A stretch of DNA of 64,000 bases from Callorhinchus milii (lineage: Eukaryota): positions 87,174,001 to 87,238,000 of the forward strand of contig NW_024704743.1 of the NCBI RefSeq assembly GCF_018977255.1, read 5' to 3'. Shown here one piece after another: positions 51,700 through 64,000 of the stretch. Position numbers and translations under genes: made by a program. Numbering within the stretch: position 1 is the first letter of the stretch; the number at the start of each line of letters is the position of its first letter. The notes under the pieces were generated by a model. That model did no database searches, had not been told where the DNA came from, and saw only the letters and a list, made by a program, of their open reading frames with translations.

Positions 51700-54060
51700 C
51701 AAGCCAGATCTCTGTGGCTGAGCCAGGAGAGTCCTTAGCATTCCTGGGCACTTCTGATGATAGCACAGCCAGCCTGGCTCATTGGCAGGACCTGGAAGGG
51801 TAGACCAGTCACTAGGGGCAAGGAATCATCCCACTCAGCTCCTGTTAACCCTGTAGGACAAAGCCCTAATGGGTAGGTAGGTCCTAGCTGAACAAGCAAC
51901 AGGAAAGCTTTCCAGACAGCAATATCAATACAACAACAAGATTCCATTTATAGAGCGCCTTTCACGTCAGGAGGACGTCCCAAGGCGCTGGACAGTTGGG
52001 TCAGGACCCGAGCAGGGGGGAAATGGTCAGGGTGAGGGGAGGGAAGGGAGGGAGCGAGGAGGGGGTAGAGAGTCGAGAGGGGAGCCGAAGGCTCGGTCAA
52101 AGAGAAAGGTCTTGAGACCGGCCTTGAAGGAGGAAAGGGAGGAGGTGGCGAAGGCACTGGGGGATACAGTTCCAAAGCCTAGGGGCTGAGAGGCTGAAGG
52201 CCCGGCCACCGATGGTAGGGTGGTTGGGGCGGGGGATATGGAGCAGACCGGAGCCAGAGGAACGGAGAGTACGGGCAGGTAAGTAGGGGGATAGTAGGTC
52301 AGAGAGGTAGGAGGGAGCAAGGCCGTGAATGGCCTTGTAGGTGAGGATGAGGATCTTGAATTCGATCCTCTGGGGGATGGGGAGCCAGTGGAGGCGAGCG
52401 AGGGTGGGAGTGATGTGGTCGCGAAGCCTGGTGCGGGACAGCACACGAGCTGCAGAGTTCTGAATGACCTGCAGCTTGTGGAGGGAGGTGCCGGGAAGGC
52501 CGGCGAGGAGAGAGTTCCCATAGTCCAGCCTTGAGGTGGTAAAGGCGTGGACCAGGGTTTCAGAGGGGATGAGGTAGTGCCGTAGTCTGGCAATATTCCG
52601 GAGGTGATGGAAGGCAGTGCCAGTTGTGGCGCGGATATGAGGGAGAAAGGACAGCTCAGGGTCGAACAGAACCCCGAGGTTCCTGACTGGCTTTGAGAGG
52701 TGGAGAGTGCAGCCTTGGATGCTGATGGTGTCAGCGCCTGAGGTGCGGAGGCGCTGACGTGAGCCAATCAGGAGGGCCTCAGTTTTGCGCACGTTGAGCT
52801 GGAGAAAGTTATCTCTCGTCCAGGACTCGATGTCGGACAGGCAGGCTGTCAGGACATCGGTGGTCGTGGAGTTGAGAGTAGAGGAGGAAAGGTAGAGTTG
52901 GGTGTCATCCGCATACATGTGGAAGTTAACCCCATGTCTGCAGATGATGTCACCAAGGGGGAGCATATAGAGGGTGAAGAGGAGGGGACAGAGCCCTGAG
53001 GGACACCGCACGGGACAGTGCGGGAGCTGGAAGAAAAGCCATTCATGGAAACATAGTGAAGACGGTGGGAGAGGTACGACCTAAACCACTCAAGGACAGT
53101 GCCTTGAAGGTTGAGGTGGGAGGACAAGTGGTGGAGGAGGATAGCGTGGTCGACCGTATCGAATGCTGCCGATAGGTCGAGGAGGACGAGGAGGCAGAGG
53201 GAGCCCTGGTCACAGATGGTCAGGATGTCATTGGTGACCTTGACCAGGGCAGTTTCTGTGCTATGGGCAGCACGGAAACCCGACTGAAGGGGTTCGAATA
53301 GTGAATGGGTGGAGAGGAAAGAGCGCAGCTGGGAGGCGACAACTCGTTCCAGGACCTTGGACAGAAAGGGGAGGTTGGAGATGGGCCGGTAGCTTGATAG
53401 CTGCGACGCATCAAGGGAGGGTTTTTTCAAGGTGGGAGTGATGGTGGCAGTTTTTAAGGGAATGGGAAGAGCCAGAGGAGAGGGACAGGTTGACGATGTC
53501 TGTGATATGTGGGGCAAGGAGGTGGAGCTGGGAGATAAGGAGTGGAGTGGGGATGGGGTCAAGGGAGCAGGTGGTGGGTTTCAGGGATAGGATGAGTTTG
53601 GTGACAGAGGGTGGGGAAACGGGTACGAAAGTGTGTAGGGGAGGATGGGTAGGAGTTGGAGTGTGGGAGGGAGGGGGTGGGGGGTGGGTGGATGTTGGAG
53701 GGGAAGTGACCGCGGAGCGAATTCCCTTGATTTTGGATTCAAGGAAATCCAGCATCTCCTCGCAGTGAAGGTTGGAGATGACCTGCGCGGGGTGGCGGGG
53801 GGGACAGAGGAGTCGGGTTGTGGTGGAAAACAGTAGCCTGGGGTTGTTCTTCGAGCTGTGCTATGCTTTAGCTGGTTAGCTGGTTACCCCAATAGACACT
53901 CTGGGGTCCCCAAGCCTTGGCTTTGCCAACCTGCGCCTAGAACTTTCTGGAATTAGGTAAGCAGGACGCATCCACCCAGGGAGAGAGTGTGCATACCATT
54001 CCAACAATCTACCTCTGGAATTTCTGTGTGTAGGTGGGATGCATGGAAATCTCAGCTTGG
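51700..54060 (+). repeat. Unclassified repeat copy 4, split by the L2 insertion (51700-51925 and 53850-54060)
   Basis: The two flanks join to give sequence collinear with 34440-34870. Confidence 0.75.
51928..53850 (-). mobile_element. Young ~1.9-kb 5'-truncated L2 LINE with a frameshifted RT domain
   Basis: [45 protein letters not shown] and YADDTQLY over overlapping ORFs; (TTG)n tail. Confidence 0.98.
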
Positions 54061-54896
54061 TTTGGATCCTCTTAAGCATGGTGATTGGATTCCGCATGTG
54101 TCGAGATACCCACCTGACCAACCTTCCTGATCACTCATTTCAAATGTTAATTGTCCTCTGTGTAAATAAAATACTCACTTGGTGTCCGCTCTAAAATTGT
54201 ATTTCATGGCCTTGAACCTGTGCCCAATTATTCGGTTGCTTTGTTGTACCTGAAAGTATTATTCTGGGTTTATTTATATATTTATCTCCATTATAACATT
54301 TCTCCATTATATATATGTATGAAATATAATGGAGATCTGTTGGTTGAACTAAATTATATCTGAATTATTTACAAATCATCTTTGTATTGAGATATAGCAA
54401 ATTAACCATATCGCATTATTTAAACAAGGTGTATACTGAGGAGCTCTGCAAGACTTAAGAATGGTGAGCTTACAACTATGATCCATTTACATCAGTGATT
54501 TTAGCAAGTGAGAAATTTTCAGCTGGTTTTATACAAGGCAGAACTAGCAGCAAATTAATTTCCACTGTTGGATGATCTTAAAGAGTTTAGTTTGATAAGA
54601 AGCAGCTTTAAAATTTGGAACAAATTGTAATTTAAAACTTCTGTTGAGTGGAGGGATGAGGCTCTGACATTGCTCCCAGTGGATGGTAATATCCCAGGTG
54701 AAATGAAGTGGTAGAATTTGCTAATAAGCATCAGCCTGCTTGATAAGGCTGCCTTGCAGTTGTATGTGTCAGCCCCAGGAAGCCTAGATTGAAATTGTGT
54801 GAGAGAGTAGAGCTAATTGCTTGACAATCTCTTGGGAATAGTAGTTTAGGTGGTTTTCTGATTGAATTCCATGCCTTTCATCCATTTATTTAATCC

Positions 54897-55080
54897 AATA
54901 ATAATTTGGTCACTTCAATCCACTGTTTGTGGGACACTGCTGTGCTCAATTGTGTGCCGTGTTTCGCCCAAAAATATACAGTCAATTCACTTTACATTAT
55001 ATTCTGTGAAGCGCTTTGAGATGTCTGAAAGATGCGATAAGGCTCTATATCAAATGCAATGATTATTATATCATTATTAT
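54897..55080 (+). mobile_element. SINE 3' half
   Basis: aataatttggtcac...ctgtttgtgggacactgctgtgc...ctatatcaaatgcaa. Confidence 0.85.
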
Positions 55081-55461
55081 TGTCTTTTGCCACATGTTGC
55101 ATGGAAATACATAAATCATGTCTTCTAATCCTGTGAACTTCCTCCCCCCCACCCCATGAGCAGAAAGGACTGAGAACTTCATACTAAAAATCATGAAATA
55201 GATTTATTTGACCCCATTGATCTTTCACAGGCTGTAATGGTATGCATTTGTTCAGCTTATTCTTAGTTTCCCTCTGAGAGAAGGATGTTGCACACTAATT
55301 GTTTGCAGCTCTTAAACCGTCCAACTGTGTTGGTTAAATATCTGAGACCAGAATAGCTAATTCCGAAGAACAGCATTAACCAATGAAGTTCACTGAGAAG
55401 CTTGTATTTGTCCTGTGCCTCAGCAAGTTTCCGAATAGATTGTCTTTTATGCGTGTTTCAA

Positions 55462-56452
55462 TAAGGGCTTTGCCCTTGGTCCTCTCCTCTTCAACATGTA
55501 CATGCTTCCTCTTGGTGACATCATCCACAGACATGGGGTCAACTTCCACATGTATGTGTATGTTACCCAACTCTATCACTCTGCCTCCACCCTCAACTCC
55601 AGGACCACTGCTGTCCTGACATAACGCCTGTCAGACATCAAGTCCTTAATGACAGCTAACTTTCTACAGTTGAATATCAACAAGACCAAGGCTCTTCAGA
55701 TTGGCTCCTGTTAGTGCCACCACACTGACAGCATCGCCATCCATGGATGCACACCAATCTGGAACCTTGGCATTTTGTATAATTCTCAGCTGGCCTTTCT
55801 ATCCCACATCTGTGCCATGATCCATTCTGCTTTCCCACAGCTCTGCAACATCACCCAGCTCCACCACTGCCTCACCCCTCAAGCCGCCAAAATCCTCATT
55901 CAGGCATTCATCACATCTAGGCTCAATTAGGCCAATTTCCTGCTTGTCGGCTTTTCCAGCTCTTCCCTCCACAAGCTACAGATCATCCAGAACTCTAGCT
56001 CGTGTCCTCTTCCGCACCAGGCTCCGTGACCCTATTACCCCACCCTCGCCCGGCTCCACTGGCTCCCCATCTCTCAGAGGATAGAGTTCAAAATCCTCTT
56101 TCTCACCTTCAAAGGCCTTCCATGGCCTTGCTCCTGCCTACATCTGTGACCTGCTAACCCCATATCAACCTGTCCGCTTAGCAGGCTGTGGCCTGCTCCA
56201 CGTCCCCCACCCGGCCCACCCCACCATCGGTGGTCGGGCCTTCAGGTTCTCTGTCCTCACCCTTTGGAACTCCATCCCACATTCCCTTCGCCTCACTCTC
56301 TCCCTTGCCTCCTTCAAGGCATGTCTCAAGACCCTCCTCTTTGACCACGCCTTCGGTCTCCCTCCTACCCTCCCTGCCCTCCACCCTCCCTGATCTAAAC
56401 CCTCGTGCTCGGGTCCAAATCCCTGACTGTCCAGCACCCTGGGACATCCTCC
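55462..56452 (+). mobile_element. 5'-truncated L2 LINE
   Basis: Collinear with the other L2 copies from the GPLLF region to the 3' UTR. Confidence 0.92.
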
Positions 56453-57804
56453 GGACTGTATTCTATTGCCAATTTCATACTCCAAAATATATATAGAATT
56501 CTGCAGTTTTTATTTTCTTCAGACTTCAGGGAACAGGTCTTAGTTGTGGAGGCATCCATATTAGCAAAAGCTGTAGAACAAAATACTCGATGGCTGTTTA
56601 CAGTCTGTTGCCATTGCTCATGTTTCTGCTTCAGTTTGCAGAAGGCACACAATTATTTCTCATCTCTGCTCTGCCAGTGTTTTTATTACATCTGCATTTC
56701 AGAAGTGCAATACGCTGTCCTTGGTGGAACTCTATTTAAAACTGTATTCTATTTGCAGTTTAGGGTTAGTATTTGCATTAATAGAATTACTCCTGACCTT
56801 TGAAGAGTTTTATTAGTGTATATTAATATTTATTTAAGTTTCACAGAATACGAGCCCAAAATTTACCAAACTGGCCAGCCATAGAAAAGTAATCATTTCC
56901 CTGATTAGGTTAATAATATTTTCATGTAATAAAATGTATTTGAATGTTTCACAAGTGGAGGTCATTTGGTTTGCCTTCAGCGAATGGTGGAGAGACCTTT
57001 GCAGTATATCTTGCAACATGTCACTGTTCTGACGAAGACCTCTAGGTCTAAGAACTCAGAGACTGCATTATAATTAGAGCATTAGAAAAGGCTGACATTT
57101 GGCTGTCAGGTTGCTGTTTACGTCACTTCTTGTACCTGTGCAGATAATGACATTAATGCTGCTCAGGAAGTGACATGATGTCAGTGATGACCTGACATCT
57201 CTGAAGTTGGCCATTTTTAAGACTAGGAAGCTAACTAGTCAGTGTGAAGCTGGGTTTGCCGAGCTTGCGATGAGATGGAAATGTTCAATTGGGAAGGCGG
57301 ATGATGACAACATCATAATGGGGATCCCCTTTTATGTCAATATTGCTTCTTTAGTAATGATGAGACACCTTCAACAGCACACAATAATTTGTGCTTGTTA
57401 AATACTTGAATGAAGCAGTAGACTGCAGGAACAGCAGTCAATTGTGAATCTAGTTGTGAACACCGAAGTAAGGCGATAGAACACTAATAACATAATTAAA
57501 AGTGTTTGGGTGAGCAAGGTAAGAGAACCTAAGTAGGTTAAACAGAAAATATATATATTTAGGTTTCCCTTGTCAAATATTTGTCTCCTCCTGTGTGTTT
57601 AGTAATTTCCTTGAAACAGTTTCAAGGCAATTGGATTCTGCCTTCCCTTTGTAGTTCAATGTTTAAGTAATGTTTATTTTCATCAAGATGTGTTAGAGAC
57701 TTTACAGCATGCTGCTATCATAACAATGTATATGTTTTACTCAAGCAAATAACAAGGCTATTCTTAAACAATTCTTAATACAAAATTATGATTTTTTTCA
57801 CATA

Positions 57805-58132
57805 TTGCTAGCGATCTCCTCTGAGTTAAAGTTGTGGGTCTAATCCTCATGGTGGGACTTTGAACACCATAAAGTGTAGCCTGACACTTCAATGTAATGT
57901 AGCAGATGAGTTGTGTAGTTGGAGCTGTCCTATAGATGAGACTTTAAATCAAAGTTCTGTTTGGCACTATTCAAAATAAGAAGGGCGCTGCTCCTGGTGT
58001 CCTGGCCAGCAATCCCCCAAGTAAAATTGTTTGTGGGGAAATTGCTTTGCATAAATTGGTTGTTGTCTATGCCTTTAAAAATACCTATTTGTTGGATTTT
58101 ATAGTAAATCTCAAAGTGCTTTGAGACATCCA
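57805..58132 (+). mobile_element. Deu-SINE, degenerate
   Basis: cctctgagttaaagttgtgggtc...gcctgacact...ggtgtcctggcca. Confidence 0.75.
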
Positions 58133-58895
58133 TCAACAACAACAACAAAATTACATTTATAGAGCGCCTTTCACGTTGGGAGGACGTCCCAAAGCGCTGA
58201 ACAGTCAGGTGTCGGGGCCTGAGCATGGGGGAGGGGTGGTGTAACGGTGAGGGAAGGCAGAGAGGTGGGAGGGAGACCAAAGGCACAATCGAAGAGAAGG
58301 GTCTTGAGACTGGCCTTGAAGGAGGCAAGGGAGGAAGCGAGGCGAAGGGACCGTGGGATGGAGTTCCAGAGTGTGGAGGCAGAGAGGCTGAAAGCCCGGC
58401 CACCGATGGGAGGGCGGGTCGGGCGGGAGACATGGAGCAGACTGGAGCCTGATGAACGGAGGGAGCGGGCAGGTTGGTAGGGAGTCAGCAGGTCAGAGGC
58501 CCGACGTGAAAGGTGCTCTATAAATGTAATTTTATTGTTGTTGATTTTGTTGTAGGAGGGGGAAGGCCATGGATGGCCTTAAAGTGAGGACGAGGATCTT
58601 GAACTCGATCCTCTGGAGGATGGGGAGCCAGTGGAGTCGGGCAAGGGTGGGAGTGATGGGGTCACGGAGCCTGGTCCGCGAGATGACACGAGCTGCAGAG
58701 TTTTGGATGATCTGCAGCTTGTGAAGGGAAGAGTTTGGAAAGCCGATGAGGAATGAGTTCCCGTAATCGAGCCTTAAGGTGACGAATGCGTGAGTGAGGG
58801 TTTGGACAGCCTGAGGGGTGAGGCAGTGGCGGAGTCTGGCAATGTTGCGTAGGTGGTGGTAGGCAGTGCTGGTCATGGAGCGGATGTGGGGGGAA
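58133..58895 (-). mobile_element. L2 3' fragment interrupted by an inverted ~55-nt L2 tail (58500-58552)
   Basis: HLRNIARLR...RLHWLPILQRIEFK; the insert reads ccgacgtgaaaggtgctctataaatgtaat...gttgttg on +. Confidence 0.93.
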
Positions 58896-60987
58896 ACCAT
58901 AACATTACGCAAAATCTGTTTAGTTTACTATCACGTTGTCGCACAGGATTGTGGCGCCAGATTATGGTGCTGGTGGAAATAAAGACTACACAACCTGCCT
59001 GTTCAGCAGACCTATTCCTCAGTCATGGGCACTGGGATGCTACTCTACTTGAGGAGCCGCGATATAAATGCAAGTTGTTGTTGTTCAAAACAAGTGGTAA
59101 AATAGCCATTAAAAACAGCTAGCAAGTTCTTTGCAATCTATACCATGTGAAACACAAGAGCTGGTCTCATGGTTTGAATTTTGCTGGTTGCAGATGCAAG
59201 GAGTACAGTGGTTTCATTGTGTTTCTACATAGAATGGCTATTAGGCTGAGATTCTGTTTGACAAGAGTTATGGAAAGTATACTATTCCAAAGATGGAAAT
59301 AAAATATATAATCATGATATTGCTTTCTCCCTAACAGTCAACTCCTTGCTGCAATTTAATGGGCTGCTAACTTTGGCCAGCACCCTCCCATGTTGCTAAA
59401 TCCACATAGTTCCTTTGAAATATTTACAGAAATCTACCAAAACTTATAATAATAATCCTTGCACTTGATATAGTACTTTTCACATCTTCTAGACGTCTCA
59501 ATGCGCTTCACAGAATAGACTGTAAAGTGAATTGATTGTATTTTGTGGGCGAAAATGAAACTTGCACTGATGTTGCAATATTGGTGCCATGGAGAAGCCT
59601 ATTTCTATCTCTGAAACATTTCTGATTTGAAGCAGCGTGGTTTTGAAATCAGAAACTGAAAATAGTTCACTATAATATAATGGTACAGTACAAGTAAATA
59701 GACCTAAGTTTAATTTACAATGCATTTCCAAGAATTATAGTTTTAAAAAATGTTACTGAGAAACAGACAAAACACAGTATAATGTAAACTGGACAGCCAT
59801 AGTGTTTGATGTGCACTAGTGAAATTCAGGGGCTTACTAGTATTTAAAGAGCATTTGTTTCCTTCATTTCTTTTTATGGTATCACTGCAGAAGCTCTTGG
59901 AGAAGAAACTTGAGTTACCTTGTTAACCGATCAATTATTAAACTATTGGGATTACAACAAAGAATGCACTAATTGTTAGAGTTAATATAATTTTTTTCGT
60001 GCAGACTGGCACGCCAGTAATTTGTGGTTGTATTTTAAATTAGTGCAGCTTGATAAGAAATATGTAACATCTGCACAAGTCCATCTCATACACACATTTT
60101 CACTGACTGATTTTCCCCAAGGCATCCCCCTGCCCTTCTCCCAAATATAAAATGTCTGATGTTTTGTAACACCACTGTCCTCAGTAACTTTTTGATAAAC
60201 ACACAACATTCTGGTCCAGATGCCAGCAAAGTCCAGAATTTGGTGAAGAAAACGAGCAACAGATAAAAGATGTGATAATGTACTCCTGTATTGTGCCAAG
60301 TCAATAAAAAACTTCTCCCAGCTCAGTTGTACTGGCATAATGTGAATGTTAATTACCATTAGCATTCTCAGCAACATGAACTTGTTCAATCTACCCTATA
60401 CTATAATTACATATGGAGAAGGCTGCAGTGTTTCCTCAATGCAAGATTGTTGTGGGGTTTTCATTTTTTATGTGATTTTTAAGCCCTTGAATTGATCACA
60501 TTCTACTTACTCATTCTGCAATCTGATCATTGCCTTTACTCGTCTTCAGGAGTGTGATCACTGTAAATGACTGCACTAAGATCTTTTATTTGAGTGAATG
60601 GCATGGAATCTCACCAGAGGAATTTAAGATGCTGTTTGAAATATCTGAAGACAAATTGCTATCACACATGAAACATTTTGACATGATAGACTCCAATTTA
60701 TGAAATAGTGCTTAGTCATATTATCCCTCCAAAGCTAGTTGTATTATTGATTGAATTGTCATTTGAAAAGCAAAAGCTTGGACTTTGGTGATTTGTTGTT
60801 GAAAGGGTATTATGACCTCTCAAATCTGCTAGTTAATTACTACGATTGCTATAGTCGCAATGGTTACAAAACTTGTTTTCACTTAGTCCTTCAATTTATA
60901 AAGGCAAACAGTGCTGCAATTGTTCTTATCAGAGCACAAGGCAGCTTCTTCACTGTCATAACACTATTTTCAATACAAAAGAAACTG

Positions 60988-61115
60988 AACAACAATTTGC
61001 ATTTATACAGTGCCTTTCACGTTGGAGGACGTTCCAAGGCACTGGTCAGTCAAGGGTTTGCAGCTGAGCTGGAGTTTGGATTTGGTAGAGGTGGGAGCCA
61101 AGAGAGGTGGGGTAG
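60988..61115 (-). mobile_element. L2 3' tail
   Basis: aacaacaatttgcatttatacagtgcctttcacgttggaggacg. Confidence 0.8.
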
Positions 61116-63759
61116 GGTACTCATCTTGAACTATGTCTTTCCTCCTGACTGTAGTTGCAATGGCATATTCTGCGTTGTCTACTGCTTTGTATCAGCTGAT
61201 TGTAACATCATTGGCTACAGAAGGTTGTTACTGCAAGAGCTAGCAGCCTGGGTTTGTCTGCTGCTTTTTCGAATTTCACATCTCGCCTGGCTCGGTCTGT
61301 CTCTTCAGGGACATCTCCAGAGCTAGAATAAGCAGATCACCAGAGCATTCATTCATGACTCGTACAAATCACCAATATTTCAATGCTAGTAATAATAATG
61401 CTTCATGTTTTCAAGCTGTTTTAATAATCCTCAGGTTTCCCCGGAAATGTGCTGGTGTTCAAGTACCACTGTTATGAATCTGAAACTTCTAATTCATACA
61501 GCAGATGTCCTGTCAGCATAGTGAACCAGGCATTGCATACAGCTGGCAGTGGTCCCATGATCCCAGTGACAACGTCTCCTCCAAAGATTAAGTAAAACTT
61601 GTTCTTTTGGAATTTCTTTGTTCTTTCATCCATAAAATTGCTCATCAGAAGTGTCCCAAGTATTTTGAATTAGCCAGTTCAGTGGTCTCACGCCCTCTGG
61701 CCTGGCCTCTAGTTTTCCAGGGAACGTGTTGCCCCCTCACTTGTAATTTTAAACCAAATGTGGAAGGTGCTTGCTTAAGTGTCAATCTTGAGAGACTGCA
61801 ATACAAATGGACAGATTTTAGCTGCGGCTAATGTTTCAGAACAGAATGCTATTCAAATTGGTGAAAGACATCACACAAAGATTCAATTGAAATCCTTTGT
61901 TACTATCTTTAATTGTTTTGAATAATGCTTGTCTGGGTTTACTGGGTGTGAATGAATATGAAAACAGTCTCATTGAGAGAGTCCAAATGACTTCACAAAC
62001 AGGAAGATATATTCACTGTAAAGACTCCCAACATAAACATTTACAATGTGCAGGGTTACTTATATAACATTGTTCCTTGCAACATTATTGGCTGTGAGGT
62101 AAGAGGAATTTAATTGACAGTGGATTACTGGAAAGTGATGTACCCCTAATAGGGATTATTTTGCAATACTCTCGGAGAACTGTATTTAATTAACTAACCT
62201 GGTGTTCAAAACAATTTTGGTTCCAATACATAGTTTGAAGCCTGTCTTTCAGTAAGAGAAACAAGTTAGATATTTCAGATAGTGATCAAGTTTATTTTGT
62301 GTCCTTGGATGGGTGTTAACTTTGCTCATAGAATTAAAATTTTAACATGGATTAGTCTCTATTTACATAACATTTGCTGATGGCTTCTGGATTTGGTTAG
62401 CAGTAAATTGATCTGATCTTTGTGAACAGAGAAGAGAGAGAATTAAATAATCTAAGCGGGTCATATTCAGTGAGTGCAACAATAAGAATAAACTAGCTGA
62501 GCTAAATGGGCTTTTCCCATTCCCGCCTTCCAGTGTTCTTTTAGATAATGACATAAACATTCTTGCAATTAAATTTGAGGTCAGGGTTGTAAGGAATTTG
62601 GGGATAAAGAATTGCAACACTATGATTTTAAGCCAGGCAGTGATATAGCAACCTTGGGATATTTAACACATTGTATGTGGATACAGCCTCCTCCCTATAC
62701 GCTTCTCAGCTCCCTCACCAAGGAGTGAACTGCACTATCTGCTAGACATGTGACTGACAGTTAGGAGGAAACCAGAATACAAATGCTGCAAACTGGTGGC
62801 ATTGAATGGTTGGACTTTTGACATGGTCATTGAGAAGGATAGAATGGAGGAGAGGTGCAGTGCCTCTTTATCAGTCAACATAAATTCAATGTATGAGTTA
62901 ACTAACACCATGGATGTCATTTAACACTTCCCAGATTTTACCCCAATGTTGCAACAGCCTACCCACAAATGTAGAATTTTGGATGAGGTAACACTATACG
63001 TTAGCAAAACCTTAGCCTTATCTTGAGTTTTGATTACTAAGTACTCCCAGGAATTAAAATGGTGATGGTGTCTATTCATGGTTATCAGTAAGTCTAAGAG
63101 GAACATGTTTTGGCCTTTGGTTTATCTGTTGCCTTTATTCCCTCTGTGTCAAACATAGCATTCTTTGGATTATACCCTTTGTTCTTGAAGAATGAACTCA
63201 TGTTCTGCGCCTTGAATACAAAACAATGGCTTTGTTGTAATGTCCTCAGTTGATGTCCATGAGGGATTTTAGTGCAGTTTTGCATCTGCTTGATTATCCT
63301 ACGAACATGTAGGTTGGCTATGGTTCAATAGATAAAATCCCAAGTACAAAAGACAACCTCACTTCACAACAAATGTCATTTTTTTATCGCAGCAAAAAGG
63401 ATGCTGGAACTGTATTGCCAAACCAGTTGATTTCAGATCCCCAGAAGTCATACTCGAGCTTGACAGTATTCTGCGTATAATTCTGTTCTCTATACATAAA
63501 GGGCTGTTCTTGCCCTGGAGAGAGTACAGAGAACTACAGTGAAGAGCAACTTCTGTGATCAATGTTGATCACAACATCATTAGATTCAGAGTGCATATGG
63601 AAAGTGTATCCTCTACAGTATATGTGAATACGCTGTGAAGCCTGCCCGATGTGAAAAGCCCCATATCACATGCAAGAATTATCATTATTAGTTATTTTAA
63701 GCTAAAGCTCTTCAGCCTTGAAAATTGACATTTCAGAGTGGACCTTTATGGAGGTAATA

Positions 63760-64000
63760 TTAAGTGTGAAATTGGATTGAAAAATAAACCCCAGAAGGGT
63801 ATTTTAAGATGCATCAAGGAAACTAAACAGTCAGGTACAGGTTCAGAGTTTTAAAGGGCAATTTAAGGATGGAACTAGAAAGTATTTATCCAGATGGGAA
63901 TGAACAACCAACACTAGCCTGCTCCAGGTCCTCCACACTTCCTGCCCCACCATTGGCGATCGGTCATTCAGCATCTCTGCTCCCACAATCTGGAACTCTA
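63760..64000 (+). mobile_element. Old CR1-like fragment followed by an L2 3' fragment running off the window
   Basis: aaacccc..agggtattttaagatgcatc (CR1-like); cccaccattggcgatcggtcattcagc...tggaactc (L2). Confidence 0.6.

Noticed and set aside
52027..52767. Long Ser/Pro-rich ORFs (also 30669-31412) and Gly/Glu-rich antisense ORFs
   Set aside because: Mostly alternative or antisense frames of L2 ORF2
56590..56740. Signal-peptide-like MAVYSLLPLLMFLLQFAEG
   Set aside because: Short ORF with no canonical donor after the signal segment; hydrophobic runs are expected in T-rich DNA
57185..57204. C/D box snoRNA (TGATGA...CTGA)
   Set aside because: The boxes are far too close together; better explained by the palindromic module
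60751..61326. 191-aa plus-strand ORF
   Set aside because: Non-ATG start, runs through an antisense L2 tail, no recognisable domain
1..64000. CRISPR array, operons or prokaryotic/viral systems
   Set aside because: No regularly spaced repeat-spacer array or gene-dense region; the recurring ~50-bp motifs are dispersed LINE/SINE tails

Overview
AT-rich, repeat-dense vertebrate genomic DNA that looks intronic or intergenic. The repeat content (abundant L2 LINEs, CR1 fragments, shark-type Deu-domain SINEs, a Penelope-like remnant) suggests a cartilaginous fish, possibly a chimaera; this is inference. I could not identify any host protein-coding gene, only a few low-confidence candidate exons and a promoter/enhancer-like segment near 25.6-26.4 kb. 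The long ORFs I could assign are L2/CR1 ORF2 fragments or their alternative/antisense frames; the remaining ORFs look like chance frames. The most interesting observations are: a minimal type I hammerhead ribozyme in a Penelope-like terminal repeat (13575-13611) with a degenerate second copy; a 79-bp near-perfect palindrome (22233-22311); two MITE-like inverted-repeat elements; a palindromic YY1/ETS-CRE-like module present twice; an unclassified ~450-bp repeat in four same-orientation copies; tRNA-SINE subfamilies with different heads; and a CR1 copy with an in-frame deletion of the RT core. I found no convincing new multi-gene system. Repeat boundaries were estimated by eye and are approximate.
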